The translations under genes and the position numbers were made by a program. The notes beneath the pieces were generated by a model that was not told where the DNA came from, made no database searches, and saw only the letters and a list, made by a program, of their open reading frames with translations. DNA of 64,000 bases, from NCBI GenBank assembly GCA_049967475.1, contig JBMFSQ010000001.1, positions 183,456 to 247,455 on the forward strand, written 5' to 3'. Below are positions 54,667-63,717 of the stretch, one piece after another (within the stretch, counting starts at the first letter, position 1; each line of letters starts with the position of its first letter). The DNA is from Chthonomonadales bacterium. GTDB lineage: Bacteria > Armatimonadota > Chthonomonadetes > Chthonomonadales > CAJBBX01.

Positions 54667-55275
54667 ATGGCAGTGTCGCCGACATGCCCGCAGTGCGGAG
54701 CCGCTGTTGGTGCCTCGGATGCTGCGTGCCCGGCATGTGGGCACGTTCTGAACGCTCATCAGACGGTTGGGTTCACGCCATCCCAGACGGGCGCGACCTC
54801 GGGCGGCACACAAGTGCCCACGAAGGTATGCCCAGTGTGCGGCACACGACTTCACGCTGCTGCGCCGCAGTGCTTTCGGTGCAGGTATTCGTTCACGCAG
54901 CCGCCGCCGGCTCAAGCTCCTCCCGCTCCTCTGCCGCTGCCCGACCCGGGATCCCCGGCGCCGCCGCAAGGGCCGTCTTGGATGCCCCCAGGGTCTTCGG
55001 TGGTTTATACCGTACCGGTTGCACCGCGATTTGCCACCATCTTCGATGAGCCGAACGCCCCATCCAGGTACTGGCTCCTGGGGTTAGGTATCTTCGGTTA
55101 CCTCGCTCTCATCTCCGTGTTGGCCCTCTTCACATTATTGATCCGGAAGGCAGTGGAATCGGGCAGAGTTCCCTACGGGTCGGATCTCATCTGTTTTCTT
55201 CTGGTGGATGTCCCAGTTTTTGGGTGGTGCATCGGCGGGATTTTGCGCCTGGTGCGGGATGCGCTGCATTATTGA
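54667..55275 (+). CDS. Membrane protein with two N-terminal zinc ribbons, a Pro-rich linker and two C-terminal TM helices
   Basis: CPQCGAAVGASDAACPACG and CPVCGTRLHAAAPQCFRC. PPPAQAPPAPLPLPDPGSPAPPQGP linker. YWLLGLGIFGYLALISVLALFTLLI and LICFLLVDVPVFGWCIGGIL TM helices. SD GGGAAGGGAGG. Confidence 0.7.
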   Translation: MAVSPTCPQCGAAVGASDAACPACGHVLNAHQTVGFTPSQTGATSGGTQVPTKVCPVCGTRLHAAAPQCFRCRYSFTQPPPAQAPPAPLPLPDPGSPAPPQGPSWMPPGSSVVYTVPVAPRFATIFDEPNAPSRYWLLGLGIFGYLALISVLALFTLLIRKAVESGRVPYGSDLICFLLVDVPVFGWCIGGILRLVRDALHY

Positions 55276-55637
55276 CCTGCTGCTCTCCCGGTGGGAAAGG
55301 CATGCATCGGCTCGTCCGCCGTTGGTTGTGGTGAAGGGCCTGCGCGCCGCATGCATCGCGAAGACATCATCGGCCACTTCTTCCTGAAGACGATGTGCAG
55401 GATAGCGCGCGCCGAGCGGAGATCCGACGTTTACAGGAGCCTCCCGTGTGCGCATGGTCCGCAAAGGCCGGTGCGGCATATGCGGGTCGAGTGTTTCCTT
55501 TCGATGTACGGCAGGCGGGCCGCGTGGCGCTGCAGCGGGTCCGGAGTTTCCGTGTCCCCGGCATTTCCTTGCGGATGAATGGTCCGTCGCTCCAATGGCT
55601 GGCCGTCGGTCATCTCGAAGATCGAGGCCGGTATCCC

Positions 55638-56399
55638 CTACGTCGTCATCAGGATGAATACAGCTTCCATATCCTGGTCCTCAATCACCGCGCGGTAGAG
55701 CCAGTACCGTGCCTTGTCCACGTCGTAATGCCCGTAATCTTCATTCAGATAGATCATCCCAAGGTGGCGCGTTGCAGTCGGGATATCCTGTTCTGCCGCA
55801 GCTTCGAGCGATTTGATGCTTTTTTGGATGTTTTGCCGGACCAGGATACCTTGCAGGTAGGCCAGTCCGACCGCAAGATCGCCGATCCCGCTGCCCAACT
55901 TTGCGCTCCGCCGGTAGTATCGCATGGCGAGTTTGTTGCTTTGCTTCACTCCGTAGCCGCCTTCGTAGAACATACCGACCGCGGCCAATGAGTCAGGATG
56001 GTTCTGCCGGGCAGCGCGCCGTACCGACTTTACGGCCTCACGGTTGGCTGCAAAGGGCTTCGAGATGTCGAGGCGATCGAACCCCGACTTCACTTGGCCG
56101 CGCACTGAGTTGAGTTCGGCGGCCCGCCTGAAGTATGCATCGGCCCTCACATCGTCGCCGCCGGACCATTGGGCGCGCGTCTCGTAGACACTACCCAAGA
56201 GCCAACAAGCCTCACCGTCGCCGAGGTCTGCAAAGCGCTGCAGGAGCGCCTCCGCTTCCTTGAAACGAGCAGTATGGTCGGCGGGGCGCGGCAGATCCTC
56301 TTGCACGAGTGCGGCGTTTCCGGTTTTTGGGGCGAACCTGGCGACGTATAGGCCGGCGACCTCCCACAACGCGTCGGCGTCGCCTTGGATGGGCTTCAC
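55638..56399 (-). CDS. Sel1-like (SLR/TPR) repeat protein
   Basis: Repeats such as GDGEACWLLGSVYE, AVGMFYEGGYGVKQSNKLAMRYYRRSAKLG, GDLAVGLAYLQG and ATRHLGMIYLNE. GTG start with a poor SD, so the start is uncertain. Confidence 0.7.
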   Translation of the reverse strand: MKPIQGDADALWEVAGLYVARFAPKTGNAALVQEDLPRPADHTARFKEAEALLQRFADLGDGEACWLLGSVYETRAQWSGGDDVRADAYFRRAAELNSVRGQVKSGFDRLDISKPFAANREAVKSVRRAARQNHPDSLAAVGMFYEGGYGVKQSNKLAMRYYRRSAKLGSGIGDLAVGLAYLQGILVRQNIQKSIKSLEAAAEQDIPTATRHLGMIYLNEDYGHYDVDKARYWLYRAVIEDQDMEAVFILMTT

Positions 56400-56736
56400 G
56401 CTCCAATGCTTCTACATCCGGTGCAGGGCGATCCATTGCCGTTGGCAGCGGCTGATCTTGCGGACCCAGCGGGCTCTCACAGGGTGTGTCGTCGTGTCGT
56501 CCGGCGGGGCCTTTCCGAGGGTTCGCGTCGTTCGTGGCAGTCATTGCAGTGTTCTCCGATGGTGTTAATCGCGGCACGTACCATACCAATAATCGCAGCG
56601 AGCGAAAGTGCACGCGTGAGATTACACAGGATCGCGCCCGACACTTGCGTTGTTGTTCCGGGGGCTTGCAGCGGCATCATGGGTTCCGACCATGTGTTCT
56701 GTGCGGTGCTGGGGATGCTTCACCAGTGGCGGCTTC

Positions 56737-56765
56737 TTGACACTCGCGGCCGGACGTGGTTAAAT
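56737..56765 (+). promoter_or_regulatory. Sigma70-type promoter TTGACA-17-TTAAAT for ftsEX
   Basis: ttcTTGACActcgcggccggacgtggTTAAATatg. Leader of about 100 nt. Confidence 0.55.
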
Positions 56766-56871
56766 ATGCAATCAACGGCCGTGTCGGCCGGCGCTCGCGC
56801 TCGGGGGCTCCTGAAGGCTCCGTCCCGGTGGGTGCAGGCGGCGGGCGGCACGCAGGGCACGGCCACCCGCC

Positions 56872-57567
56872 ATGATCGAACTTCACGATGTGTCCGTCGT
56901 TTACCCCGGAGAACGCACGGCCCTCGCGCACGTGTCGCTCCGCATCCATAAGGGCGAATTCGTTTTCATCGTGGGCCCCACAGGGTCCGGCAAATCTACC
57001 CTGCTCAAGCTGCTCTACCGAGAAGAACTTCACATCAAAGGCAAGGTGCTCGTGTCCGGAAGAGATCTCACCACACTCCGCCCGCGCGAAGTTCCCTTCC
57101 TGCGCAGGCGCCTAGGCATCGTATTTCAGGATTTCGGCCTCTTGCCTAACAAGACCGTCTTCGAGAACGTTGCCTACGCCTTGCGGGTGATCGGAGCCGG
57201 GCGAAAGGAGATCCGACGCAAGGTGCCTCCGGCGTTGGAGCTTGTGGGCCTGGTGCATCGGTGCGATGCCTTCCCCGGTCAGTTGTCTGGAGGGGAGCAG
57301 CAGCGCGTGGCCATTGCCAGGGCGCTGGTGAATGACCCGCCGCTGCTTCTGGCCGACGAGCCCACCGGCAACCTCGATCCCGAGACTTCCTTGGGCATCC
57401 TGCGCATCCTGGAACATGTTAACGTTCGCGGCACCACCGTACTGGTAGCCACGCACGACAAGTACATTGTGGATTGCGCCCGCAAACGGGTGGTAGCCCT
57501 CGAACGCGGGCACCTCGTGCGAGACGAGTTGGAAGGGACCTACGAGCGTGAGCCTGTCGTCCATTAG
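56872..57567 (+). CDS. ftsE: Cell division ATP-binding protein FtsE
   Basis: GPTGSGKSTLLKLL, LSGGEQQRVAIARAL and LLLADEPTGNLD. Followed by ftsX. Confidence 0.9.
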   Translation: MIELHDVSVVYPGERTALAHVSLRIHKGEFVFIVGPTGSGKSTLLKLLYREELHIKGKVLVSGRDLTTLRPREVPFLRRRLGIVFQDFGLLPNKTVFENVAYALRVIGAGRKEIRRKVPPALELVGLVHRCDAFPGQLSGGEQQRVAIARALVNDPPLLLADEPTGNLDPETSLGILRILEHVNVRGTTVLVATHDKYIVDCARKRVVALERGHLVRDELEGTYEREPVVH

Positions 57568-58453
57568 CTTCTTGATGGGGGAAGCAGCCAGAGACATCCG
57601 GCGCAACGGCCTCATGTCGGTGGCGGCGCTCACTACGTCGGCCATCTCGTTGACGGTTCTGGGAGGTGCCTTATTCACTCTCTATCGCCTCCACCAGTTT
57701 GCCGATGCCCAGCCCCGCCGGTTCGAGATCTCGGTATTCCTGCGCCCGGAAGTTCCCCGCGCTGCCGTCAAAGAGATCCGCAGGCGCATCCAATCGCTGC
57801 CGCCGGTGGAGCGCGTAACGCTCTTCACCAAGGAACAGGCTTATACCGAACTTCAGCAGGCCGACCGCGAGAGCAGCACGGCGATCGTAGCGGCGCTGGG
57901 GGGAGCGAACCCACTGCCGGACCGGCTGGATGTGCGTCTGCGGGATCCTTCGGCTACGGGTATGATTGCGGCGGTGCTCCAGGATCGGGCGCGGTTTCCT
58001 GAAGTGGATCGCGTGCGCACGGCCCGGGACGCCTTGCAGGTATTCCTGGGGGTGCAACGGATCGTTCGCAATGTGGGAGGGGGCCTTGCCGCACTTTTGT
58101 TCATCGGAACGGCCTTCGTCATCCAGAACACAATCCGCCTAACTGTGATTGCGCGGCGGCGGGAGATCCGCATCATGCAGTTAGTGGGAGCCACACCGGG
58201 CTTCATCCGGATGCCCCTCGTGCTGGAAGGAATGTTCTACGGCGTCTTCGGCGCGCTGGTGGCAGGAGGTGTGGTGCTCTTTGTTGTGGCTCAGGTGTCT
58301 TCCTATGGTCGGCGCATCGTGTCCCCTCTGGCTCATACCATGCCGCCGGCTGTGGGGCCATGGACGGTGATGGCAGTGCTGGTGGCCATCGGCGCCCTTT
58401 TAGGCTCGTTGGGAAGTGCGCTCTCCATCAGGAGGTTTTTGAAGGCTGTTTAG
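57548..58453 (+). CDS. ftsX: Cell division permease FtsX
   Basis: EAARDIRRNGLMSVAAL, a periplasmic domain and three C-terminal TM helices. It overlaps ftsE by 20 nt (ATG 57575 is an alternative start). Confidence 0.85.
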   Translation: MSLSSISFLMGEAARDIRRNGLMSVAALTTSAISLTVLGGALFTLYRLHQFADAQPRRFEISVFLRPEVPRAAVKEIRRRIQSLPPVERVTLFTKEQAYTELQQADRESSTAIVAALGGANPLPDRLDVRLRDPSATGMIAAVLQDRARFPEVDRVRTARDALQVFLGVQRIVRNVGGGLAALLFIGTAFVIQNTIRLTVIARRREIRIMQLVGATPGFIRMPLVLEGMFYGVFGALVAGGVVLFVVAQVSSYGRRIVSPLAHTMPPAVGPWTVMAVLVAIGALLGSLGSALSIRRFLKAV

Positions 58454-58520
58454 TCTTTGACCCGGCGCGGCCGGCGTTTGTGCCCGCACGAACGGTGCGG
58501 CGGGCAAAAAGGGAAGGGAC

Positions 58521-59672
58521 ATGCGCAATAACTGGGTGGCCGGTTTCCTTGTTGCTGCGGTGCTCAGCGCGCTGGGTTGCGCTGCGGCAGCGGCACCGCA
58601 TCACAGCAAGACAGGAAAATCGCCCAAAGAACTGCGCCGGCAGCTCCATGCGGTGCGCGCCCGCATCCACGCTCAACGGCTCGAGGTGCGGCGCACTCGG
58701 GCAAAAGAGCATCATGTGGTGGGAGAGATAGACCGCATCGAGGCCCGCATCCTCACTACGGAACAACGCCTGCGCGCTGTAAAGAGCAGATTGGCGGCGA
58801 TCGCCCGGCGCAGGAAGGTGTTGATTGCCCGCATGGATTTTACGCAGAAGCGCCTCGACGGCCGAAGGCGTGTCCTGGCCAGGCGCCTTAGGGAGAACTA
58901 CGAATTGGGCAGCACTTCGTACGTGCAGGCGCTTCTGAGTTCACGATCCATGCACGACTATCTCTCCAGATCCTATTATGTGGAGCGCATCGTTGAAAGC
59001 GACGTCAAGCTCATGGCCGGGATCAGGGAGGATCAGGCGCAGCTCCTGGCAGATCAGCGTGAGCTGGATGCCCGGGATGCGGAACAACGGGTGCTGAAGG
59101 CCGAATTGGAGCGCTCCTACTTCCAGTATCGCGAGGATGTTTTGGCCAAACGGCGCACCCTCGAGCAGATCCAGGAGGACCGTGAAGCCAAAGAGGCAGC
59201 CCTGGACGAATTGGAGGAAGCCTCCAACGAGATCGCTGCCCGGCTTCGAGCTTTGGAGCAGACGCCCGGCGGGCGGGCACGTCTTCTGCGCGCATGGACC
59301 GGGCACTTCATTCGGCCTGCGTGGGGACCCATAACGAGCGGCTTCGGCATGCGGTACCATCCCATTCTTCATCGCACGCGGATGCATACGGGCGTGGATA
59401 TCGGTGCGGGATATGGAGAACCCATTCGCGCTGCCGCTGCGGGCGAAGTCGTAATGGCCGGTTACATGCGCGGCTATGGGTACGTGGTGATCATTGACCA
59501 TGGGGGCGGAGTGTCCACACTCTACGGCCATTGCTCCGAGTTGCTGGTGTCGGAAGGGCAAAGCGTTCGGCAGGGGCAGGTGATCGCCCGCGTTGGGAGC
59601 ACTGGGCTGGCCACCGGGCCTCATCTTCACTTCGAGGTGCGGCGCAATGGGGTGCCGGTGAACCCCTTCTAG
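58521..59672 (+). CDS. M23 family metallopeptidase with N-terminal coiled coil (EnvC-like murein hydrolase activator)
   Basis: Signal peptide, a long coiled coil (LRAVKSRLAAIARRRKVL...), then HTGVDIGAGYGEPIRAAAAGEV...GGVSTLYGHCS...GPHLHFEVRRNG. Confidence 0.85.
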   Translation: MRNNWVAGFLVAAVLSALGCAAAAAPHHSKTGKSPKELRRQLHAVRARIHAQRLEVRRTRAKEHHVVGEIDRIEARILTTEQRLRAVKSRLAAIARRRKVLIARMDFTQKRLDGRRRVLARRLRENYELGSTSYVQALLSSRSMHDYLSRSYYVERIVESDVKLMAGIREDQAQLLADQRELDARDAEQRVLKAELERSYFQYREDVLAKRRTLEQIQEDREAKEAALDELEEASNEIAARLRALEQTPGGRARLLRAWTGHFIRPAWGPITSGFGMRYHPILHRTRMHTGVDIGAGYGEPIRAAAAGEVVMAGYMRGYGYVVIIDHGGGVSTLYGHCSELLVSEGQSVRQGQVIARVGSTGLATGPHLHFEVRRNGVPVNPF

Positions 59673-59698
59673 GCAGGGGCTTCCGCATGGGCAAGGCG

Positions 59699-59728
59699 TT
59701 GACGCGGCCGGGGAGGGCTGGATATACT
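59699..59728 (+). promoter_or_regulatory. Sigma70-type promoter TTGACG-18-TATACT for tRNA-Val
   Basis: gcgTTGACGcggccggggagggctggaTATACTgat. It lies about 25 nt before the tRNA 5' end. Confidence 0.55.
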
Positions 59729-59752
59729 GATAGCGGACGGTCGCGACATCGC

Positions 59753-59825
59753 GGGCGAATAGCTCAGCCGGAAGAGCGCTTGCTTTACACGCAAGATGTC
59801 GGGGGTTCGAGTCCCTCTTCGCCCA
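59753..59825 (+). tRNA. tRNA-Val (anticodon TAC)
   Basis: GGGCGAATAGCTCAGCCGGAAGAGCGCTTGCTTTACACGCAAGATGTCGGGGGTTCGAGTCCCTCTTCGCCCA. Acceptor 7 bp GGGCGAA/TTCGCCC. D stem GCTC/GAGC. Anticodon stem CTTGC/GCAAG with loop TTTACAC. T arm GGGGG-TTCGAGT-CCCTC. No encoded CCA. Confidence 0.95.
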
Positions 59826-60029
59826 TGCGTATTCCTTTAAGTGCGGGCCGATGCAGCTCAAGAGCTCGGTGGGCGCCCGCGACGACAGGAAATCCTCAGG
59901 AAAGGTCAGGCGGTAACGGACTTTGGTTTACCATGCGGAGGACGGCCGGACGGCTGAACCCCAGGTTCCAGAGGCAGGATCTGCCCCGGCGGGATCCGGC
60001 GTCCTCGCCTTGCGGGGAGGCTCCCGCGT

Positions 60030-61124
60030 ATGAAGGTCGGCATCATCGGTCTCCCGGAAACCGGCAAGACCACCGTATTCAATGCCCTTACACGTTCTGA
60101 CGCTGCCCTTCATACCTACGGCGTCCGTTCCCAGGAGATCAACCTGGGCACGATCCCAGTCCCGGATGAGCGCTTTGACTTTGCCGTCCGAGTGTGCCGG
60201 CCCAAGAAGAAGGTGCCTGCGACACTCGATGTTACCGACGGCGCCGCCCGCATCGAGCTGGGGGAGCGTGGCCGGAACTTCGGTACGGATTTCTTCGCCG
60301 GTGTGCGATCTATGGACGCCTTGGTGCTTGTGCTGCGTGCCTTCCACTCACCTGCCCTCCCCGATCCTGATGGCGGCGTGGATCCCGAGCGTGAAGCGCG
60401 CACCGTAATGGAGGAGCTCCTATTGGCGGATCTGGCGGTGGTGGAGGGGCGGCTCGAGCGGTTGGGCAAGAACCGTACGATGAAGCGGCAGACGCCTGCG
60501 GAGGCAGCCGAGGAGCAGGCACTCGCACGCGTGAAAGCCCACCTGGAGGCGGAACAGCCCGTGCGCACGCTGGAACTCTCACCCGACGAGGAACGGGCCC
60601 TGCGCGGTTTCGCCTTCGTAAGCGGCAAGCCCCTGATCCTCGTGGCCAATCTGGGTGAAGAAGATCTTGCCGCACCCGAAAAGGTTACCGCAGGACTTCG
60701 GAAGCTTGCGGCATCGCAGGCACTCCCCCTTGTAGAGCTATGCGCCAAAGTGGAGATGGAAGTGGCTCAGATGGACCCCGCCGAGGAGCGCGAATTCCTC
60801 CAAGCTCTCGGCATCTCTGAGCCGGCCCGCAACCGCCTCATTCGCGAAGCCTACGCTGCCCTGGGGTACATCAGCTTCCTCACAGTAGGTGAGGATGAAG
60901 TGCGGGCCTGGACGATCCGCAAGGGAACTACCGCATTGGGCGCAGCTGAGAAGATCCACACGGACATCGCCCGCACCTTTATCCGGGCGGAAGTGATGGA
61001 TTTTGCCGATTTCCGGGCGTTCGGAGGATGGGACGCCGCACGATCGGCAGGCAAGATGCGCCTCGAGGGGAAGGATTACGTAGTAAAAGACGGCGAGATC
61101 GTCCACATCCGCCATTCGCGGTAA
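60030..61124 (+). CDS. ychF: YchF-like ribosome-binding ATPase (Obg-like GTPase/ATPase family), divergent P-loop
   Basis: [21 protein letters not shown], the coiled insertion, and the C-terminal TGS-like [30 protein letters not shown]...[15 protein letters not shown]. Confidence 0.8.
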   Translation: MKVGIIGLPETGKTTVFNALTRSDAALHTYGVRSQEINLGTIPVPDERFDFAVRVCRPKKKVPATLDVTDGAARIELGERGRNFGTDFFAGVRSMDALVLVLRAFHSPALPDPDGGVDPEREARTVMEELLLADLAVVEGRLERLGKNRTMKRQTPAEAAEEQALARVKAHLEAEQPVRTLELSPDEERALRGFAFVSGKPLILVANLGEEDLAAPEKVTAGLRKLAASQALPLVELCAKVEMEVAQMDPAEEREFLQALGISEPARNRLIREAYAALGYISFLTVGEDEVRAWTIRKGTTALGAAEKIHTDIARTFIRAEVMDFADFRAFGGWDAARSAGKMRLEGKDYVVKDGEIVHIRHSR

Positions 61125-61146
61125 CGTGTCGGGCGGGCCGGGAACT

Positions 61147-61174
61147 CTTGACACGTTCGTGGGGTAGCATAGGA
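61147..61174 (+). promoter_or_regulatory. Sigma70-type promoter TTGACA-16-TAGGAT for cysE
   Basis: ctcTTGACAcgttcgtggggtagcaTAGGATaca. Confidence 0.5.
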
Positions 61175-61213
61175 TACATTAAAACAGCATCCGTTACGGA
61201 TAAGGGGCGCTAC

Positions 61214-61918
61214 GTGTTCGGCCGACTTAGGGAAGACGTTCAGACGATCATGCGCAGGGACCCGGCGGCGCGCAGCATCTGGGAGGTGCTGAGTTATCCG
61301 GGTCTGCACGCCATCCTTTTCCACCGCGTGGCTCACTGGCTCTGGAACCTGCCGGTTCCTCCGCGCGGCCTCTGGAAGCTCACCGGCAGGCTTCTTTCTC
61401 AATTCTCGCGCTTCGTAACCGGCATCGAGATCCACCCCGGGGCAAAGATCGGCCGGCGTTTCTTTATTGATCACGGGATGGGCAACGTAATCGGCGAGAC
61501 TGCCGTCATCGGCGACGATGTGCTGATGTACCATCAAGTTACTCTCGGCGGTACGACCTTGCAGAAGGTGAAGCGGCATCCCACTATCGGCAATAATGTA
61601 CTCATCGGACCCGGAGCCAAGATTATCGGGGCCATTACGGTTGGGGATAATTGCAAGATCGGCGCCAACGCCGTTGTAAACAAGGATATTCCTCCCAATT
61701 GCACCGTCGTGGGAGTTCCGGGGCGCATCGTTGTGCGCGACAGTCTGCGGGTATATGACGATGTTCCGGTAATGGACAACCTTCTCAACCGCATAGATCC
61801 CGAAGACGAGGTGATCCGGGAGCTTCGACAGCGGGTGGAGTTCCTGGAACAGCACATCGAGAAGCTCGAGCAGCACCTGGCAGATCACGAGCGTTTCGAC
61901 CGGAGCGCCCAGCCGTAG
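61214..61918 (+). CDS. cysE: Serine O-acetyltransferase
   Basis: GTG start giving [44 protein letters not shown], the conserved SATase N-terminus. Then [19 protein letters not shown] and hexapeptide repeats. The ORF-track start at 61028 overlaps ychF. Confidence 0.9.
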   Translation: MFGRLREDVQTIMRRDPAARSIWEVLSYPGLHAILFHRVAHWLWNLPVPPRGLWKLTGRLLSQFSRFVTGIEIHPGAKIGRRFFIDHGMGNVIGETAVIGDDVLMYHQVTLGGTTLQKVKRHPTIGNNVLIGPGAKIIGAITVGDNCKIGANAVVNKDIPPNCTVVGVPGRIVVRDSLRVYDDVPVMDNLLNRIDPEDEVIRELRQRVEFLEQHIEKLEQHLADHERFDRSAQP

Positions 61919-61951
61919 CTGTGGCTGCCCTTGCGGGGGCGCCGTTGTGCG

Positions 61952-63403
61952 ATGTGCAGAGAAAGGCGCGGAAGCGCGAGAGTGGCCCACTACGTGAAAG
62001 CGACACGTGTCTGTTTCCTCGCCCTCTTGATGGCCGGCGCGGCCGGAGCCGGCACTCTTGCCGCCATGAGCCGCAGCGGCGAAGAGGTCGTCGCCCCCGG
62101 TATTCACGTTGCAGGCATGGATTGGAGCGGGCGGACGCTGGATGCTGCCCGCGTGGATCTGGAACAGTGGGCAATCCAACAAACCTCGCGGCCCTTCATA
62201 ATGATCGCTCGTCTTCCCGAGGGCCGGACTTTGGAGTGGTCGCCGCCACGTGGGGCCCTTGGCGCATCCGTGGACATCGAGGCCACCATGGATCAGGTGC
62301 GGAGGGCCGGTGAGGGGAGAAATGTGTTCGAGCGCATCGTGGAGTGGTTTGCCGGCAAGCGCACAGTAGACGTTGCGCCGGCGTGGCGCATCGAGGATCA
62401 TACGCTGCGCGCGTATCTTCTGAAGCATGTAGCTCCGCGCGTGCGCCGGGTTCCCCGGGATGCGCGCTTCATTCCTTCGGCCAACGGTTACCGAACTCTT
62501 CCGGATCGTTCCGGGCTCAGGCTGGATTTGGAACAGGCTGCGGCCTTGTGTGCCCAGCGGCTGCCGCTTGCCGGTGCAGATCCGCTACCCCTTCCTTTGG
62601 TGCAGGTTGCGCCTCATGTTCGGACCTCCGACGTTGCCTCCATTCGGGGTGAGCTAGCCCATTTCACGACACATTACTCGGAACGCGGCAACCGAGCGCG
62701 CAACATCATCGTAGCATGCCGGCGCATCAACGGTATCGTTCTCAAACCGGGAGATGTATTCTCCTACAACCAGGTGGTAGGGCCGCGGGACATCAGCAGT
62801 GGGTTCCGCATAGCACCGGTCATTATCCATGGGCAACTGAAGCCTGGGATGGGCGGCGGCGTATGCCAGGTGTCTTCCACCCTTTACAACGCCGTAGCCC
62901 TGGCTGGCCTGCAAATCGTGCGGCGGGAGCATCATGCGTTCCCGGTGCACTATGTGCCTCCCGGACGGGATGCCACGGTTGCCTACGGGGCCATAGACTT
63001 CCGCTTTCGCAATAACACCCAATCGGCGGTGGCTATTGCCGCCGACGGTACTCGCGGCCGGGTTGTCATGCGCATATTCGGCCGGCCCAACCCCGGGCGC
63101 CGCATCTCCATTGTGCGCACGCGTGTGGAGAGTTGGCCTCCTCCTGTTCAGGTGGTGCGGGATCCTTCGCTGCCCGAAGGCGTTCGGCGCGTTCTGGATC
63201 GCGGCCACGCCGGGCACCGCGTCACAGTGCTGCGGGTGGTGAAGGAGGGGGGCCGGGTGGTACGGCGCGAGATTCTGTCCGTGGACCATTACCGCGCATT
63301 CCCCCGCATCGTCGCCATTGGGATCGGACCTGTGCCGTTAAGGAACCACCTGCGCCCCGTACTGCAAGACGATGGCTTGGGTCAGGAAGCCCCAGGCCTC
63401 TAG
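61952..63403 (+). CDS. VanW family protein (N-terminal TM anchor, VanW domain, C-terminal G5-like domain)
   Basis: RNIIVACRRINGIVLKPGDVFSYNQVVGPR, GGGVCQVSSTLYNA and DATVAYGAIDFRFRNNT. The start is uncertain (61931, 61952 or GTG 61982). Confidence 0.8.
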   Translation: MCRERRGSARVAHYVKATRVCFLALLMAGAAGAGTLAAMSRSGEEVVAPGIHVAGMDWSGRTLDAARVDLEQWAIQQTSRPFIMIARLPEGRTLEWSPPRGALGASVDIEATMDQVRRAGEGRNVFERIVEWFAGKRTVDVAPAWRIEDHTLRAYLLKHVAPRVRRVPRDARFIPSANGYRTLPDRSGLRLDLEQAAALCAQRLPLAGADPLPLPLVQVAPHVRTSDVASIRGELAHFTTHYSERGNRARNIIVACRRINGIVLKPGDVFSYNQVVGPRDISSGFRIAPVIIHGQLKPGMGGGVCQVSSTLYNAVALAGLQIVRREHHAFPVHYVPPGRDATVAYGAIDFRFRNNTQSAVAIAADGTRGRVVMRIFGRPNPGRRISIVRTRVESWPPPVQVVRDPSLPEGVRRVLDRGHAGHRVTVLRVVKEGGRVVRREILSVDHYRAFPRIVAIGIGPVPLRNHLRPVLQDDGLGQEAPGL

Positions 63404-63473
63404 CACAGATCCCTCCTTCACTACCGGTGCCCCTTCGCGCCGTCGTTCTTCGCCCCCATTCGTCCCCTAGCCC

Positions 63474-63502
63474 TTGACACAATCCGGCACAGTCGTTAGA
63501 AT
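63474..63502 (+). promoter_or_regulatory. Consensus sigma70 promoter TTGACA-17-TAGAAT
   Basis: cccTTGACAcaatccggcacagtcgtTAGAATgta. It is followed by a leader of about 210 nt before the partial ORF at 63718. Confidence 0.65.
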
Positions 63503-63717
63503 GTAGGGCGACTGAGTGGTGACTGCATGGGGATCCGATGGTGACTGAATAGAGTGTTAAGGGTGCCTCGCATTATTCCATGTTTCGCTGCCACGGCGTC
63601 ACCACCAAATCACCCACGGCCCTGTGTGTCGAATGCGCGTAAAACGCGGCGGCATTTCGGCATCCCAGGCGGCCGGCGGGCAGCAGTGAGGGCGGCACTG
63701 AGTTGAGCGACGATGTG

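Noticed and set aside
55431-55613. 60-aa minus-strand ORF downstream of the Sel1 gene
   Set aside because: Its codon bias is only mild (hand count about 73% GC3). It has no SD upstream of the ATG, and the sequence is basic and low-complexity. Probably non-coding.
56212-56613. Frameshifted N-terminal extension of the Sel1 protein starting at ATG 56544 (GGAGAA SD 8 nt upstream)
   Set aside because: The extension is out of frame with the Sel1 body. It has low third-position GC (about 59% by hand count) and a disordered sequence. There is no slippery motif at the junction. A sequencing error cannot be excluded.
61076-62428. 450-aa minus-strand ORF opposite cysE and vanW
   Set aside because: Shadow ORF spanning an intergenic gap. 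The plus strand has hexapeptide-repeat SATase and VanW motifs.
59826-63403. Genomic island integrated at tRNA-Val
   Set aside because: The genes directly downstream of the tRNA (ychF-like, cysE, vanW) are housekeeping-type with native-looking promoters. There is no integrase and no repeat of the tRNA 3' end. The phage-like signal starts only at about 63.47 kb.
63338-63406. 22-codon minus-strand mini-ORF (GTG 63406) preceded by a perfect AAGGAGGG, antisense to the vanW 3' end
   Set aside because: The SD-like string may be coincidental in the GC-rich intergenic sequence. The ORF overlaps the vanW stop region, and no promoter is seen. It was noted only because of the strong SD.
63580-63642. 20-codon uORF (MFRCHGVTTKSPTALCVECA) in the leader of the right-edge gene
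   Set aside because: The only SD-like element (AAGGGTG) lies about 17 nt upstream of the ATG, too far away to serve it. Likely a chance ORF, although leader-peptide regulation cannot be excluded.
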